NCBI GenBank assembly: GCA_052327205.1
Contig: CM126207.1
Coordinates: forward strand, 249,612,001-249,655,346
Direction: 5' to 3'
Length of the DNA: 43,346 nucleotides
Source of the DNA: Somniosus microcephalus
Taxonomy: Eukaryota
Shown: one piece after another, positions 12,850-24,099 of the stretch
How the letters are laid out: each line of letters opens with the position of its first letter
How positions within the stretch are numbered: position 1 is the stretch's first letter
Notes under the pieces: generated by a model
What the model was told of the DNA's origin: nothing
The model's database searches: none
What the model saw: the letters and a program-made list of their open reading frames with translations, nothing else
Position numbers and translations under genes: made by a program

Positions 12850-13690
12850 CATTCCTAGATGTCTGCCGGAGGACTGAAGAGCGGCCAATGTAGTACCCAT
12901 CTCAAAATGCTTGACAAACCCCACAGAATTCTTTGAGGTGGTAACAGACATGGTAGATGGGGGAAATGCAATGGATGTAGTGTACATGGACTTTAGGAAA
13001 GCCTTCGACAGGATACCACTGGGAGATTACTAGAGAGTATACCAAAGCAAGAGATATAGTTAATTCTTTAGAAGACCAAAGGAAATTTCAAAGGAATAGT
13101 GATAAGCTGGGGGAATGGGATAAAAAAATGACAGATGAAACTCGTGGCCAGCAAGTGTGTGGTGCTGCATTTCAGTAGAAAAATAGCAGCAGTAATTATA
13201 CTCTGAATAAAAGTAGGGTTGATGCTGTGGAAGAGCAGATAGACCGAGGGGTACAGGTTCACAGAATATTAAAGGCAGCCCCTCAGGTTGATAAAGCTGA
13301 AAAAAAAAAGCTAATAAAAACTAGGTTTCATCTCAAGAGGAATAGAATATAAAAGCCAAGAGGCAAAGATAAGCCTATGTAAAACCTTAATAAAACCTCA
13401 GTTAGAGTACTGTCTGCAGTTTTGGGCTCCACATTATAGGAAGGATATTAAGGCTTTAGAGAGTGTGCAACATAGATTCATTAGGATACTGCTTGGTATG
13501 AGGAAATACAAATACGCAGAAAGACTTGATAAATTGGGTCTTTTTTCATTAGAACAATGTAGATTATGGGGCAATATAATAGAAGCAGATGGTTTCCAAT
13601 AGTTGAGAGGGGGTCAAGAACGAGGGGCCATACATACAAGATTAATTGTAAGAGATTTAGATCAGAGGACAGCAGAGACTTTTTTTTACA
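12850..13690 (+). mobile_element. CR1 LINE relic, ORF2 (RT) with internal deletions, left part
   Basis: Decayed peptides PED*RAANVVP, CLTNxxEFFEVVTDMVDGGNAMDVVYMDFRKAFD, KCVVLHF, LEYCLQFWAPHYRKDIKALESVQ and GSRTRGHTYKI are all CR1 ORF2 motifs. The frame is broken by frameshifts and stops. Confidence 0.92.
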
Positions 13691-14066
13691 TAGAAACATA
13701 GAAACTAGGAGCAGGAGTAGGCCATTCGGCCCTTTGAGCCTGCTCCGCCATTCAACGAGATCATGGCTGATCATCCAAACCCTAGCACCCGGTCCCTACA
13801 CCGACAGCCATCCCACCCAAGCCCTATCCCCGTAACCCCACATATTTAATCCCCCCTAACACTAAGGGACAATTTTTATCATGGCCAATCAACCTAACCC
13901 GCACATCTTTGGACTGTGGGAGGAAACCAGAGCACCCGGAGAAAACCCATGCAAACACGGGGAGAATGTGCAAACTCCACACAGACAGTCACCCGAGGCC
14001 GGATTTGAACCCGGGTCCCTGGCGCTGTGAGGCAACAGTGCTAACCACTATGCCACCGTGCTGCCC
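13688..14066 (-). mobile_element. HE1-type V-SINE (tRNA head, V-domain, CR1-derived tail) inserted in CR1
   Basis: Reverse complement reads GGGCAGCACGGTGGCATAGTGGTTAGCACTGTTGCCTCACAGCGCCAGGGACCCGGGTTCAAATCC (A and B boxes), then the V-domain GTGTGGAGTTTGCACATTCTCCCCGTG...GGTTTCCTCCCACAGTCCAAAGATGTGCGGGTTAGG, then the tail ...CTCCTAGTTTCTATGTTTCTATG. Confidence 0.93.
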
Positions 14067-14292
14067 AGCTGTGGAATTCACGTCCAGGGTTCGTGGTTGA
14101 GGCAGAAACGATGTCAACTTTCAAGATTAGATTAGATAAGATAGGCGGATGAAGGAAAAGGTTCTGACGGGATATGGGAGTAAGTGGGTAAATGTGATTA
14201 GGCCTATTTGCTCACATGGAGGGTAAACACTGACATGGACTTATTGGGCCGAATGACCTGTTTCCATGTTGTAAGTGCTATGCATTTCTATG
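14067..14292 (+). mobile_element. CR1 LINE relic, 3' end (continuation after the SINE)
   Basis: Peptide LWNSxPGxVVEAETMSTFKIRLD followed by the 3' UTR GGACTTATTGGGCCGAATGACCTGTTTCCATGTTGTA...TTCTATG. Confidence 0.88.
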
Positions 14293-15879
14293 AATACTTA
14301 ACATACTTCTCAACCTTTGGGTGGTAAACATTAGTGTCCATCTAGTCCACCACTGATAAAGAGAGTGTGGACATTGCAGATGGTAAATTAATCCAAACAG
14401 TAAGGCTGATTATGATTGAGGATTTAGATGCATCTTACACGTTGATGCTCAAATCCAGGCTGGTCAAAAATTGGATGCGTGTCTTCCTGATCCAGAACAG
14501 AAATGTGAGGAATATGAAGTTATAATGGAGTAAAGAACCAATAGAATAGGGTGCTAGAAGAGGTGGTTAACCTAGGAGGTAGCAGATTTGAAAATACTTG
14601 ACCAATAATAATTGTCCACAGTACAGCACATGTACCCATAGGAAACCATGTTGGGTAGAAAGAGTTCATGTGAGCAATGCAGGGAGATGCAAGCCTGGGG
14701 TGGAGAACAAACATCAAGGCAAAATGAGAGTGAACACTCTTGATAAAAGGGATAGGAGGAGGGACTGAGGGAGCATGTGTAATGGAGGAATGCTCCCTTC
14801 TTTAAAAGTGACTTTAATGTGAAATGTTGCATATCCTGCCTTGCTTCTGAAAACTTGTCAATTGTGAGTATGACTGAAAGAGAAGCAGGTGAGGCCTCAG
14901 TCTGCAAGGCAATTGACCAGTTCAACATTCTTTGATGCTTTGGCCAGGTCCCCTGACAAATATGAAACAATATCAAGCAAATGGTTGGAAAAGGAAGAAA
15001 ATATTGTTCTCTAATAATTACATTCTACAAGGTGACTGGGACAGGACATATTACCACACATCATTCATTAAAAAAAACCTGGAGCTGTGCGTGGAAGTGC
15101 GTTTTAACTGGGTGAATGCTCCCATTTGCATGTATTCTCATCGGTCAATGGCATTTCAAGATTCCAATGTATACATACAAAACTATTTGAAATATTCCAA
15201 GTGTCACTGAAAGGATAATATAACAATCTTATCTGAATTGACAACAGTCTAACTCAAAGTTCTAATTGATCAGTTCTCATTTCCTATTTCACTACAAATA
15301 TGGGGAATTATTTTCAAATTGTCCATTTCAAATTACATTTTGCCTCCACTGCTGCTGATATAATTGTGATTATCTGGCCTGGGTTTTATGCTGCTGGAGT
15401 GGTGATTGTTGCGTAACTGTACAATTTCTTCAACATCTCCCCAAAGAATCTGGTTTTAATTTTTAGCAAAGGTTTTCTCACACATAGACATATTTTTGTT
15501 ATTGCAGGTTGATCTTTTTAACATTTAAATGTTCTAATTTTTTTTTTACCAGTAGAGGTCGGGAGGCAGACATTTGCAGCGCAGGTACGAACTATCCTAC
15601 TACATTGCACATTAGAGCACCAATGCTCTGCACTACAAGGCTATCTCTGTCTTTGGTCTTTTAAAGTAGAAAATGCAGCCCTGCTTGCTGGTTTTGTAAT
15701 TAAGTAGGAAATTGAATGTTTATTTAAATGACAGTTCTTCATCTGCAATCAATAAATGAATAGGCAGAATTCTGGAGTTCCTTAGAACATGAACATAGTG
15801 GTTACAGGCAATGAGTAACCATTCTTTTTATTGCTAAGAATTTGGATCACTTGACTACAATCTGACAATATTTAGAACC

Positions 15880-16291
15880 TAAAATGTTAGGAACAGGAAA
15901 GTACCAGCAAGACCTATTGCTTTTTATTAATCTCAACCCCAGTTCCTGGTCTTATCAGCATATCTCTCAATCCCTTCTCCACAGAAATACACACAGTTGC
16001 CTCTTGAATCAATTTATGTTACTTGCTTCAATGGCCTTCACTGATATCAAGTCCATTATTTTCTTACTCTTAACTTTCTCATTTTAAACTTATGTCCCCT
16101 GGCATTTGAACCCTTTGCCATACTGAAAAAAAGTTGCCCGAATCAACCTTCATAATCTTAAATTTTTTTTAATGAGGCCATCTCAAAGTCTCCTCTTTTG
16201 TGAAGGGAACAATCCAGCTTCCTTCACTTTCTTTGTCATTTAGGTTCCTAGTACCTGGAATCATCTTGGTCGCTTGCCTCTGTACACTTTC
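15880..16291 (-). mobile_element. Old CR1 LINE 3' fragment
   Basis: Minus-strand remnants VQRxxTKMIPG (near 16290-16255), FKIMK (near 16160) and RGHKFK (near 16100). Confidence 0.7.
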
Positions 16292-17624
16292 AGGGGGTTG
16301 TGTGAGTGATTCTCAAGCGCTGCAGTCATTTTCAATAGAATTATTTAACAATATTCACTTAACCACTAACACTATTTGAAAAAACAGTGAACAATTGGAG
16401 GATAGTACACTGGTAGAGGTCAAGTGTAGATTTGCTTTCACATGAATGAATTAATTTGTGACACACTTAGTGAACAAAAGGTTAAGTACAGGGTGCTACT
16501 GCAGCATGCAACCTGCACACCTGTGGTGATAAGATAATTTAATGGCAATTAAGGCAGTACATAAGGGCCTACACTTAACCCTTTATTCATTAACTGTGCT
16601 ACAAAATTGGTCTATTAATTTAATGATTGCAATTGGGTAGTCAAAACAGACTGTTTTCCAATTAGTATTTATAGATGTGCCATTTTTCCCTATTTAAGCA
16701 GCCTTTGCTTTAAATCTCACGTTTTCTGTGATAGAACTGGTTCTCTCTATTTGTAGACATGCTAGCAGAATGCATAGATAATGGGCTAAAGTCAGCTTTC
16801 TTTGAGATACTTCACGTCAATCAACAAAATAGCCTTCAATATATATATTTCTTACATTTACAGGACAGATCTGCCACTGGTACAACGGCAGAACTGGCAG
16901 CAAATTCTTACTTTAAACCTTGTGGTTTAATGGGAGTTAAAGGTTGTAACTACCACCTCGCGAAGCGGTTTCCAAACACATCTTCCTACAAACTAAATCC
17001 CAGAGACTGACTCTGCTGTACTCTGCAAAAACTTCTCCACACCTTCTTTCTGAAAATAAAACAAGCACACTAATCTCGTCTAAATAGATTGTACAGCTTT
17101 GCAAATATTCCATCACCAACAGCAGGTAAGGAATTGTTAATGTCTTTCAGGGTTTGATTTAGGTGTTTAACACGGAGGGAAAATATTAAATATTCCTGTG
17201 AGTGGACTCAACTTTGCTTTCCTTGATTCCTCCAAACTCGATCCTCATTCACAGTCCTCACTCAATTAGTTATTGTATTGAAACTTTGCATCCTCTTGAC
17301 AGTTAGGACTGCTTGTTCCGGCCTCCCACATTGTACTCTCATTGTCCCCGAACCCTCAAACTGCTTACTCTGATCTCTAAACTCCTCTTCTTTGCCTCTT
17401 AAATGCAAGTTTCACTTTCCATGGTCTTCTAGCTTGCATCTGTTGAGCCAGCCATACTGCAATGCCAATTTACCATTACAACTTCTAATTATAATATCTT
17501 ATTGCATTCATTACATAACAGCTACTATAATGATCTTCTTGAAGCTCCCCTTGCTTGCACATGCAATTCTGTGCCTTGCACAGCAAGAACATCCTTAGCA
17601 AACAATTAAAAAAATCCAATGAAA

Positions 17625-17980
17625 TATAGAATCGTTACAGCACAGTAGGCAGCCATTCAGCCCGTCGAGCCCGTGCTGGCTCTCTGCAAGAGCACTCCAG
17701 CTAGTCCCACTGCCCCCACCCTTTCCCTGTAGCCCAGCAAATTTTTTTCCTTCAGGTACTTATCCAATTCCCTTTAGAAAGTCAGGATTGAGTCTGCCTC
17801 CACCACTCTTTCAGGCAGTGCAATCCAGATCATAACCACTCACTGCGTAAAAAAGTTTTCCCTCATGTTGCCCTTTGGATCTTCTGCCAATCACCTTAAA
17901 TCTGTGTCCTCTGGTTCTTGACCTTTCTGCCAATGGGAACAGTTTCTCTCTATTCTCTGTCTAGATCCCTCATGATATTG
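17625..17980 (-). mobile_element. CR1 LINE 3' fragment
   Basis: Minus strand encodes LFPLAERSRTRGHRFKVIG, then after a frameshift NFFTQ*VVMIWIALPERVVEADS. The 3' UTR is GACGGGCTGAATGGCTGCCTACTGTGCTGTAACGATTCTAT. Confidence 0.9.
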
Positions 17981-18426
17981 GGAGAAATATGAAGTAGTAC
18001 GATCAGTTCTGAGAAACAATACATTTTGAACTGCATAACTGACAAAACTTCACCCTTCAGCTGCAAGTTATCCATTCTGATGTCTCTTAGTGGTTTTTGT
18101 ATGGCTTCTCCAGTTCTAATGAAGTCTGAGATAGCCAAGTCTGGTTTGAATCCCTGACCATCCACTTTCAAACTTCAAAGTTAAGGTAATAGTCTCTATA
18201 TTATGAGTTGGTGGTATCCTATTCAAAAGGTGGTGAAGCTCTGAAAAGGGGTGGGGGGTGAAAATAATATGTGCATACTAATTATATACAAGAGCATACT
18301 ATCTTAATTTTTACTTATACTGTTAAATCACCCTTCATTTAAAAAAAAATGCATTTTTAAAAAAATTTTTCCTCAGTAATTTAAGGGTGTTAGTGCTGCA
18401 TAATAATAAACTTGATTTTACATGTT

Positions 18427-18710
18427 GGCCCAGAGGCTTGGCCGCGCAGTGTCGATTTTTCAGGTGCTAAACGACCTCCTAAGCCTCCAATATGGCGGGC
18501 AAGAAGCATACACTCATTAGGAGCTGGAAATGCGCCACCCGCTATATTGGTAAATGTCAAAAAAAATTCAGCATGCAGTGCCCACGCCTGAAACATATGT
18601 AAATAAGTGGCCTAATGCAAGATTGGTTTGCCCTGAGGCAGGCTGACGCCAACAAGATAAGTTTAAAAACAAAAATACTTACCTGAATACTTTCCCTTGG
18701 CCGATCTTGT
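18427..18710. mobile_element. Degenerate MITE arm of the GC-rich type
   Basis: Internal inverted repeat CCAATATGGCGGG (18487) / CCCGCTATATTGG (18538), and a central AAGATAAGT-A-tract-ACTTACCTG as in the 8852 element. Termini are uncertain, and the element may continue to about 19300. Confidence 0.5.
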
Positions 18711-18745
18711 AGGGTATGCCCAATATTCACAGTTAATTTTCTGAT

Positions 18746-19008
18746 GGTCAGGCTATATCTATACTGCAGCTACCATGCTGAGACTGGTAGCTACAGGCCA
18801 TGTTTACCGTGTACTATAATTCCGAGACTGGTAGCTGCAGGTTACATTCACCAATCTGAGACTGGTAGCTACAAACTGTATTTAAACTATAGCTACCCAT
18901 CTGGGACTGGTAGCTAGAGGCTGTGTTTATACCATACTACCATTCTGAGACTGGTAGCTACAGGCTGTGTTTATACTATATTACCATTCTGAGACTGGTG
19001 GCTATAGG
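18746..19008. repeat. 44-bp minisatellite, about 6 copies
   Basis: Core CTGAGACTGGTAGCTA(C)AGG at 18778, 18822, 18856, 18901, 18945 and 18989, giving periods of 44, 34, 45, 44 and 44. Confidence 0.92.
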
Positions 19009-19361
19009 ATCAATTCCAGTCCAGCACTACCTTGTTTTTACTGTCTAATTCCAAATTGAATTCTCGGGACTAGGAGCAAACTCCCAGATGCGGAATTTTA
19101 AATGCACCGTGTGGGCAGGCAGGAATTTCTGCACTCTCTCAACATTTGAAACAACTCTTGCGTAAGTTTGTAAACACTTTTTTTCTCCGAACAGGTTTGA
19201 CACAGCACTGGAGTTGTACACTATGTGGTGTCAAACCCAAATGGTGTGAAACAGCCTCCCCAAGAGGTGTCACACTGCTGTGCTCTGGAGCGGGCTCTGG
19301 AATTATATTGTCATTTTTGCATCACTGTGAAGCAGAAATGGCTTCTCAGTGATGCAGTTAT

Positions 19362-19493
19362 GGGGGTAATGTTGTGAGGACATGCTGCCAGTGCATGTCG
19401 GAAAACTGATTTCAGCACACCCATGGTTTTACGATATGTGTTGATGCCGGGTACAGGTGATCACGATCAGTAGGTACTCAAAATCTTACCCTG
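19362..19493. mobile_element. Short degenerate MITE
   Basis: Imperfect TIR GGGGGTAATGTTGTGAG...CTCAAAATCTTACCCTG, flanked by TAT on both sides. Confidence 0.55.
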
Positions 19494-20899
19494 TATAACT
19501 GCATCTTTGAAGTGAGTATTCTCAAAAAAAAATGTTTGCATTAATTGAGCCAAAGGGCAAAGTCATTTTGATTGTGAACTGGTTTGTTCCATGAGCTATA
19601 TTCAGTTTTGTGAAACCTCCCACTGGAATGAACAGAAATATGAAAGTGTTAGAGAGAACATGGCAAATTACTGGAGTGTACTGTGCCTAAACAATTCTGT
19701 AATTTAAATTGTCTTTTCTGTGATAGTTATGACTGGATTCTCTAAAGAAGGATCTAGTTTGTATTCTGCATCTTTCTTAATGGAGGAATCAATTTTGTTT
19801 TCAAATCAGATCTTTGTAAACATAAATGTTAATGTCTTCTTAAACTCAGTTTAATTTTTGAAAGTAAAGCCAGTTACAGCATGTTGCAGATCATTCCATT
19901 GAACTCAGCCTCATCTGCAATCAACATATTTATTGAATTTCAATACCTCACTGCTTAATGGAAGTATTGAAAAGTTAAACAATCCAAAATAATTTTTATC
20001 GATCACTTACTTAGGAATTTCGTGTTAAACAAAACTATGTATAATTTGTCAAGCTTCCAATATTTTTTGAATAATTACCAATTATTATGTGCCACATGAA
20101 AATATCATCAAACTAATGTCTCCTAGCTCAACAGCATATAATCCCTTGTTTAAAAAAATGTTCTGAATATATTTCTTTACTTTCCTAAAATCCAGTATAA
20201 TTATTTTTAAATATTGCTGTTTTCAATTATGTTTGCATAACAAATTTAGCATGTTATTTTACACAGGAAGTACAAGTTCAAACATTTTCTCTTCAGACAT
20301 ATTCATATTTATACTGACCAAAAACAACGACCGAGGTTAAGATTAATTGGTGCCCCCTCCACCCTTCCTCCTGCACGAATGTACGATCCTAAATCACACA
20401 AACCTCAATGTCTATTGTAATGTCTTATTACATGTGGGAAATCAATAGCAGTTCCAATTTATTCAGCATGTTAGAAATGAAATGTATCTTTTAATAAACA
20501 ATTTCCAAAACAATACAAATTGAATAAATATTCTTTGCGAAAATTAGGAAACAAAACATCAATCAGAGAACAAACACAATTTCGCAACTCCCAGAATGTA
20601 GTAATACACTAAGACAACTGATTCTTTTCTTCTTTCTCTTCCATACCTAGCAGCATATGAGGCAACCCATTTCTTCCACTGTTTACAACCAGCAGATTGT
20701 GCTCTGGGTTGTGTCCGTAACAAAGACCCTTTTTTATGTGGACAGGTTGTTAGGCTGATTCTGAAACACCTGCTCTTCCCTTCGGATTTTCTCCCAAGTC
20801 ACGACTGTTTCAGGGAACTTCCAACGTTATCATTTATGTTGCAGTAAAAGAAAATTGGCTATGCTTTCAAATGTGTTGCTATTTTGAGAAGAACTGACG

Positions 20900-21650
20900 T
20901 GTGTGAATTTTAAGACGAGATACATACAGATTTACTTTACATTTATTTTGCTATATAAACCGCTTGCTGTTAAACCAAGGCACTGTGCCTCCGTCCCCAC
21001 CCTTTGCAAGATAAAGCACACTGTCGGGAGAATGGGCGAGCTCTCGGACTCAAACAAAACAAATGTTTAAGATTCAAGATTAGCCAAAAAAGTTGTCAAA
21101 CTGGAAGTAATTAGAACTCCCACTTTATGTTCAATTATTTTACAATTGATCAAACACTCACAAAAGCGCATGTATTATTCATTGAGTTTTTAAAGCAATG
21201 AAAAACGAGAATAAAAAAGTAGCAGATCACTCACTTTAATCCATTGTTCTCATATTTATTAATTGCGCATTAGTTACATCTGGTCCCTGGCTGATTGTTT
21301 TCTGTTAATTTGAATCTCAATAAATCACAGATTGCTACACTCCAACTCATCATGTTAACCGTTTGTGGCCTAAGTTTCCCACACCGCAAAATAGGTTTCT
21401 CATTATGTCACCTTTAGTCATGTTCCGTAAAAGCTTTTAAAGTATCATTTTGCGGTCATGGATATTAGAAAAAAATCCTCACCCCCAATGCTGCTAATAG
21501 TATTAGCAAAAACTGTGTGCTGATGGTGCGGGGGTGCAAAAAAAAAGGGGACTTCATCCTTGCTGTCATGATGAGCTGTATGTAAAATAGTTGGCCTATC
21601 AGATGCAAATTCATTTTTTCTATCCTGGTCCATTAAGTTGCCACAACATT
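20900..21650. promoter_or_regulatory. Candidate conserved non-coding element with nested palindromes
   Basis: Repeat-free, with retained CpGs. Inverted ACCGCAAAAT/ATTTTGCGGT (21383, 21447), palindromes at 21428-21439 and 21492-21508, octamer ATGCAAAT at 21603, and several TAAT and Sox-like sites. Confidence 0.4.
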
Positions 21651-22737
21651 AGCTCACCAACATTGCAGGAGGTGGGAGTGAGTGGGGGATATGACCACTG
21701 AGACAGCAACCTCCTGATAACTGGATGAAGTCGGCAGTTGTGTAAACCCGGGGAAGCAGTCCCATGCATTTTGCTCTCTGGGTCTCTGTGTTAGAAGCAG
21801 AGCCTAATGCACCGACAGACATCAGATCCCAATTCCACGTGGGAAAGCAAAAGAGATGCAGTGTTAAAAGCGCCCTTTGTATCTTTGCTGTAAACCTTGC
21901 AACACTAGGCTGCTCTATAAAACAGCATTTACGTTATTCAACAGAAGTGTGGGGCTCATTCTGTGACGGCTGTGTGCTCCACCTTATTCGGAAGGTATTG
22001 GACACAGACAGTTGTGTAGGTGTACCGCAGAACTGTCTTTTACTTATTTATGAGCACAGTGGGGCTCCCTTTTACTTATTTTTCAAATGACAGAATCCCA
22101 TTTCCCAGAGATACAGGGTTGTATTTAAAAGTTATTGAAATACATACTCACGCTATTTCGTTTTTGACTTGTATCTTACAAAAAGTTATATATTGGTACT
22201 TAAAAAAAATCATTTCAAATTCCACAAACTACATTTTTCGAAACCTATAGAAAGTTCAAAGACTCTGTACTTCTGTAAAAATGATTGTTCTCTCTCTCGT
22301 GCACTCTAAGATAAAGATAACACCATAAAGGTTTAATTCTTGGCACTTTTAAAATGATGTTAATGGAGATTTACAGAAGTCCATTTCCGTAACTGTTCTA
22401 CAAGGATGCTGCACAATTAAAGCAATTATATTTTTAATATTTTTTTAAACATTACATTCCTCCTGTGGGTACTCTCTCTATTCCTTATATATAAATTTAT
22501 AATTAGTTGATCCCCTAAGCCAGCCAGTTTCTGCTTCCCATCACTTGATGTCCAGGTCAGCTGGAATGAGAGATGCAAATGTGGATCTATCACAACGACC
22601 ATTCGCTGCCCAGGAAACAGGCTCAGAGTGACAGCTACAGTCTATTTTACCTGTCCACATCTAAAATGGTGGCCCTGGTAAGGAAAAATGAATTTCTATT
22701 CTGTTTGAAATGATTCTTTAACATTGTTATTTATGCT

Positions 22738-23204
22738 GTGTCAGCTGTGGCTCAGTGGGCCGCACCCTCGCCTTCGAGTCAGAAGGTTGTGGGTTCCAAT
22801 CCCATTCCAGGGACTTGAGCACATAAAGCAAGGATGACACTCCAGTGCAGTGCTGGGGGAGTGCTGCACTGTCGAAGGCGCCGTTTTTCGGATGAGACGT
22901 TAAACCGAGGCCCCGTCTCTCAGGTGGATGTAAAAGATTCCTAGGCACTATTTCGAAGAAGAGCAGGGGAGTTATCCCCGGTGTCCTGGCCAATATTTAT
23001 CCCTCAACCAACAAAACAAAAACAGTTTATCTGATCATTATCACATTGCTGTTTGTGGGAGCTTGCTGTGTGCAAATTGGCTGCTGTGTTTCCTACATTG
23101 TAACAGTGACTACACTTCAAAAGTACTTCATTGGCTGTAAAGCGCTTTGGGATATCCGGTGGCCGTGAAAGGCGCTATAGAAATGCAAGTCTTTCTTTCT
23201 TTCT
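22738..23204 (+). mobile_element. Full-length SacSINE1-like DeuSINE
   Basis: tRNA head GTGTCAGCTGTGGCTCAGTGG...GGTTCCAATCCC, Deu-domain GGATGAGACGTTAAACCGAGGCCCCGTC...GGCACTATTTCGAAGAAGAGCAGGGGAGTTATCCCCGGTGTCCTGGCCAATATTTATCCCTCAACCA, and tail AAGGCGCTATAGAAATGCAAGT(CTTT)n. Confidence 0.93.
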
Positions 23205-23294
23205 GTAGAATTGCAGTATTAGTCATTTTAACACCAACATTGTTACATTAAGGAGCACGGATCTGTTGATTTCTATGATCAAAATAAAAATATG

Positions 23295-23440
23295 GGGGAT
23301 AATTTTCAACTTCACATCCTTAACACGACAGAGTTGATCACCCACCTGTTGTAAAACCTGTCCGAAATCAATGGAACAAAAATCGGGCAGGTTCTATAAA
23401 TCTTCCAGGTAGCCAGGCAAAGAAGTTGAGAATTAACCCC
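23295..23440. mobile_element. Short PIF/Harbinger-like MITE, family A copy 1
   Basis: TIR GGGGATAATTTTCAACTT / AAGTTGAGAATTAACCCC (16 of 18 positions match), with TSD ATG/ATG. Confidence 0.8.
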
Positions 23441-23566
23441 ATGGGATCTTATTGTCATCATACTTTAAAGATGCGCACATTAATCAGCTTGCAGAACATT
23501 TTTGAATGAACCCCTTTACGGAATTGCGGATAGAAGTTTTATCTTCTCATCATTGGGCGCCTCTCT

Positions 23567-24099
23567 GGCGATAATTTTCAATGTTCAACCTCACCACCTT
23601 GGCGGCCACCTGGCAGAGCAGATCATCCACCCATTGTACAACAAGGGTTGCCAACCCTCTAGGATTGCCCTGGAGTCTCCAGGAATTAAAGACCCATATC
23701 TCCAGGATGCTGCTGTGAGTAATCAGGAAAACAATCAGAGGCATTAAAAAAAAAGTAGTTTTAAAAATAATTTCTTTGAACACTTTGGTTATTGGTTGTG
23801 AAAATATCTGAGATGGGAAAAATGATCTAACCAGGCAATGACGAATCTATTCACTTTCCCATTGATGTGGAAGGCGGTGCGCCATAAGGATGGACGTGTT
23901 GGGTAATCAGTGGCAGAGGAGTGAGGGGCAGGATGGTTGGAGGCAGGAGGTCATGTGGTGACATCTCCAGGAATTTGTCCAACCAGTGTTCGCAAGTTTG
24001 GCAACCCTATGTAAACCCGCCTGATTTTAGTTCCATTGAAATCAAAGAAATCCGCTCCTCCAGGTTACTGCCGGGGCAGCAAAGTTGAACATTACCCCC
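23567..24099. mobile_element. Short MITE, family A copy 2, interrupted by a hAT element
   Basis: Termini GGCGATAAT...AAGTTGAACATTACCCCC with TSD TCT/TCT. Internal sequence resembles copy 1 (GATCAxCCACCxxTGTAAA; TTCCATTGA/TCAATGGAA). Confidence 0.7.
23643..24009. mobile_element. Non-autonomous hAT-type element
   Basis: TIR (A)AGGGTTGCCAA...TTGGCAACCCTA. The 8-bp flanks TGTACAAC / TGTAAACC match at 6 of 8 positions. Subterminal TCTCCAGGA motifs occur near both ends. Confidence 0.85.

Noticed and set aside
13566-14100. ORFs 13566-13835 and 13909-14100
   Set aside because: They are read-through of CR1 and antisense SINE sequence, which commonly gives spurious hypothetical proteins.
14490-14800. 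Purine-skewed block, and the pyrimidine-skewed block at 17200-17600, as old LINE relics
   Set aside because: No diagnostic peptide or tail motif was recognised.
18746-19008. CRISPR-like repeat/spacer pattern
   Set aside because: The spacers are homologous to each other (for example CTGTGTTTATACxATAxTACCATT), there are no cas genes and the context is vertebrate. It is a minisatellite.
20900-21650. Identification as a specific known enhancer such as the Shh ZRS
   Set aside because: It does not match the ZRS sequence as I recall it, so the locus identity remains undetermined.
22738-22810. tRNA gene (also 13995-14066 and 11015-11087)
   Set aside because: A and B boxes are present, but they continue into SINE bodies and lack a complete cloverleaf.
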